IMG/VR virus record: IMGVR_UViG_3300027751_000015 | Span: 1,813 to 65,812 of that record | Strand: one strand, 5' to 3' | From: a virus | DNA length: 64,000 nucleotides | In this document: one piece after another, positions 62,085 to 64,000 of the stretch | How positions within the stretch are numbered: the first letter of the stretch is position 1 | Layout: every line of letters begins with the position of its first letter | Made by a program: the position numbers and the translations under genes | The notes under the pieces: generated by a model | The model's input: only the letters and a program-made list of their open reading frames with translations | Told to the model about the DNA's origin: nothing | Databases searched by the model: none

Positions 62085-62804
62085 TTAATTAAATATTTTT
62101 CCTAAGGCTGTTCCAATTTGCGTTTGAACGAATCTATCTGCATTACTAGTAGCTTCGGCCTCGTTTGCAACCCATTTTGTATACGACATCTGTACGTTTA
62201 GTTCTACAGTACCGTTTTGTTCGTTATTAAGGCTTATATCATTCATCGTAGTAGGAAATGCATCTTGAAGTGTGCACGAATAAACAACATCAGCGCTCGT
62301 AATAAAATCTAAGTCTAGTTGACCTTGAGCAAAATCAAATGGACCTAGTTTAGGTAAGCGACTCTGAATCTCCGCTGGTAAAGTAGGAATACCAAGAGGA
62401 GTAGAATATACAGGAAGCCCTATTCCCTTTCTAAGTTGTTCTATTACAATTTGCTTTCCATACCCCGATTGACCTCTTAAATAACCACTTGATTGACCAT
62501 TTTGGTCTATGGCTAATCTTTGCCAAGTATCAAAATATTTTCTAATACCATAATCGTTAAGAACGTGGAATGTCATAGAAATATCTGTAACAGCATAGCC
62601 GTACGGAACTTTCTGTATTTGCATTCCTATTCTTCTTTCAGTAGTAAGAATCTGCTTTCCAGGAAGAACTATATCCTTGCACAGTAAATTTACATCAGAT
62701 GAAGAAGCACCAGGTATAGATGGCATCTTTACTCTAAAGATGTTATTTCTGGCAGCACCACCTTTTTGTGAAACTAAGCTTTTAAATTGGTCGAGACTAG
62801 CCAT
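62085..62804 (-). CDS. 54: Baseplate tail-tube initiator gp54-like
   Basis: GGAAR.N.F.V, LC....LPG, .PYG, F..W and AFP tube-fold motifs. Confidence 0.7.
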   Translation of the reverse strand: MASLDQFKSLVSQKGGAARNNIFRVKMPSIPGASSSDVNLLCKDIVLPGKQILTTERRIGMQIQKVPYGYAVTDISMTFHVLNDYGIRKYFDTWQRLAIDQNGQSSGYLRGQSGYGKQIVIEQLRKGIGLPVYSTPLGIPTLPAEIQSRLPKLGPFDFAQGQLDLDFITSADVVYSCTLQDAFPTTMNDISLNNEQNGTVELNVQMSYTKWVANEAEATSNADRFVQTQIGTALGKIFN

Positions 62805-63388
62805 TAAATCATTCCTCTAGAGTCTTTATATACTTGAGTACCATTACCCTTTTGCCAGCTAGCCGTAGGTAGAAACGTTGCAATTTCCCATTCCGGTGCT
62901 GGCACTCTTGCGAATCTACTTCTTACTTGCTGTGATAGGTAATGTTTTACACAAGGCTTAAAATACTTATATTTTGCAGCTCTTTTTAAAGTGTTATATG
63001 TTACACTAAATCTTGTTGAGTCATCATATTTTTTATTATTTGTAATGTCCATTAGCGCATCTAAAAACTTAGCTCTAAGAGCAGGAGGCAAATAATGTAG
63101 GTTTAATCCTAAGAATCCTCCTTCTGCCGGACCTATAACAATTGTCAAAGGAAACGCGTCATAGTACGGCAAAGTTTTTTTGTTCTTAGCGTCGTAGAAA
63201 AACATCTGCATAGATCCTACTAATTGACGGTTAGCCAAATTAAGAGAATCATCTTTCAATATTTCATTACGATTAACCCTACGAATACGCGTAAGTTTTT
63301 TACGGAACCACTCTCTAGACTCTTGCGTTCTAGGTGTAATTCCAGCTCTAAAAGCTTCTATTTCTAAATTCTTAAATAAATCTGCCAT
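62804..63388 (-). CDS. 2: DNA end protector protein gp2
   Basis: G.M..F.YDAK.K.TLPYYD.FPL, GF.GLNLHYLPP..R and CVK.YL. Confidence 0.92.
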   Translation of the reverse strand: MADLFKNLEIEAFRAGITPRTQESREWFRKKLTRIRRVNRNEILKDDSLNLANRQLVGSMQMFFYDAKNKKTLPYYDAFPLTIVIGPAEGGFLGLNLHYLPPALRAKFLDALMDITNNKKYDDSTRFSVTYNTLKRAAKYKYFKPCVKHYLSQQVRSRFARVPAPEWEIATFLPTASWQKGNGTQVYKDSRGMI

Positions 63389-63392
63389 ATCG

Positions 63393-63890
63393 TTATTTAT
63401 ATGTGTTTTTGGGCTTCCGAAGTGGCTTTAACGGTTTAATCTTTTTCTTAGGCTGAGGTAGTATGCCCATAGCTCCTAATTCATTTTCAGTCCATATCTG
63501 AAATGCCCAACCTCTATCAGCAGCATAGCTTTGCGCTGCTTTCCACTTATTTACGTTTTTAACATACGTCATGCCTTCATTGATATATCTCTTGGTTTTT
63601 CGTCCACTAAACTTAGGAGGAGCTGTTTCTTTATTTGGTTTTATTTCAACCAGCACAGTCTTACCGTTGTTATAGGTCAATTTAAGGTCCATAAAGTATC
63701 TATGGTACTTTTTATCAACTTCATAGAAATACGGTATTACAACCTCTTCACTTGACCAATACTTTATATCACGCGAATCATCGCACCATTTAAAGGCATT
63801 TCTTTCCCATAATGACCTAAATACTACACCATCGGGGTTACCTTTGTATTTAGATCTGTTTTTAACCTTATACTTACCTGAATATGCCAT
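63393..63890 (-). CDS. 4: Head completion nuclease gp4
   Basis: MAYSGKY...N..KY.G, RSLWE, WSSEE..IPY, HRYF.D, VEIKP, N..KW.AA and WTE. Confidence 0.95.
   Translation of the reverse strand: MAYSGKYKVKNRSKYKGNPDGVVFRSLWERNAFKWCDDSRDIKYWSSEEVVIPYFYEVDKKYHRYFMDLKLTYNNGKTVLVEIKPNKETAPPKFSGRKTKRYINEGMTYVKNVNKWKAAQSYAADRGWAFQIWTENELGAMGILPQPKKKIKPLKPLRKPKNTYK
63394..63401 (-). promoter_or_regulatory. T4-type late promoter TATAAATA (minus strand) for gp2 operon
   Basis: TATTTATA on + strand, just upstream of the gp2 start. Confidence 0.75.
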
Positions 63891-63899
63891 AGATACCTT

Positions 63900-63907
63900 T
63901 ATAAATA
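63900..63907 (+). promoter_or_regulatory. T4-type late promoter TATAAATA (divergent)
   Basis: Exact consensus upstream of ATG 63941. Confidence 0.75.
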
Positions 63908-63940
63908 ATGTAAACTTTATATATTTATCAAGGACTCCTT

Positions 63941-64000
63941 ATGTCATATAAAAATAAAAGAAACTTTAAGTTTCCCATCGAGGACGAAGGCTATCAGGGT
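63941..64000 (+). CDS. Partial late gene, possibly gp48 baseplate tail-tube cap
   Basis: AAGGA SD; MSYKNKRNFKFPIEDEGYQG runs off the window. Identity inferred from synteny only. Confidence 0.4.
   Translation, partial: MSYKNKRNFKFPIEDEGYQG

Noticed and set aside
1166-63755. Numerous short minus-strand and alternate-frame ORFs in the track (e.g. 1166-1402, 3355-3666, 7781-8239, 22459-22809, 35963-36382, 59586-59969, 63531-63755)
   Set aside because: They lie wholly within well-supported genes, lack SDs and have no recognisable motifs, so they are shadow ORFs.
1-64000. CRISPR array, IS/transposase, reverse transcriptase/DGR, inteins or introns in uvsX, gp41 or RNR
   Set aside because: No regularly spaced direct repeats or RT/transposase motifs were seen, and these core genes are uninterrupted and of normal length.
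1-64000. Alternative genetic code or stop-codon recoding
   Set aside because: Known genes end properly at TAA, TAG and TGA with coupled downstream starts; there is no fragmentation and no suppressor tRNA.

Overview
A 64-kb segment of a large T4-like (myovirus) phage genome in the standard genetic code. The host is most probably a marine alphaproteobacterium, inferred from the alpha-type permuted tmRNA and its ANDN...ALAA tag. T4-core genes include uvsX, gp41 helicase, rnh, gp33 and gp32, plus a minus-strand block of gp29-like, gp51, gp26, gp54, gp2 and gp4. Nucleotide-metabolism genes are thyX, a MazG-like pyrophosphatase, dCMP deaminase and a class II RNR. Accessory content: (i) a T4 gp42-like dCMP hydroxymethylase cluster with a DUF5664-like diphosphohydrolase, a full-length NCS1 nucleobase permease, an SGNH-like protein and a putative HhH-fold DNA hypermodification transferase; (ii) a circularly permuted two-piece tmRNA absent from the ORF track; (iii) a late operon of proteins sharing a capsid-targeting-like N-terminus; (iv) a secreted fimbrial/chaperone-like operon; (v) kdsA/kdsB and an eight-gene glycosyltransferase island; (vi) three tRNAs and two candidate structured ncRNAs. 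Early/middle promoters follow TGTACA-N17-TAnnnT/A and late promoters are TATAAATA. All family calls come from motif recognition by eye; no database searches were run.
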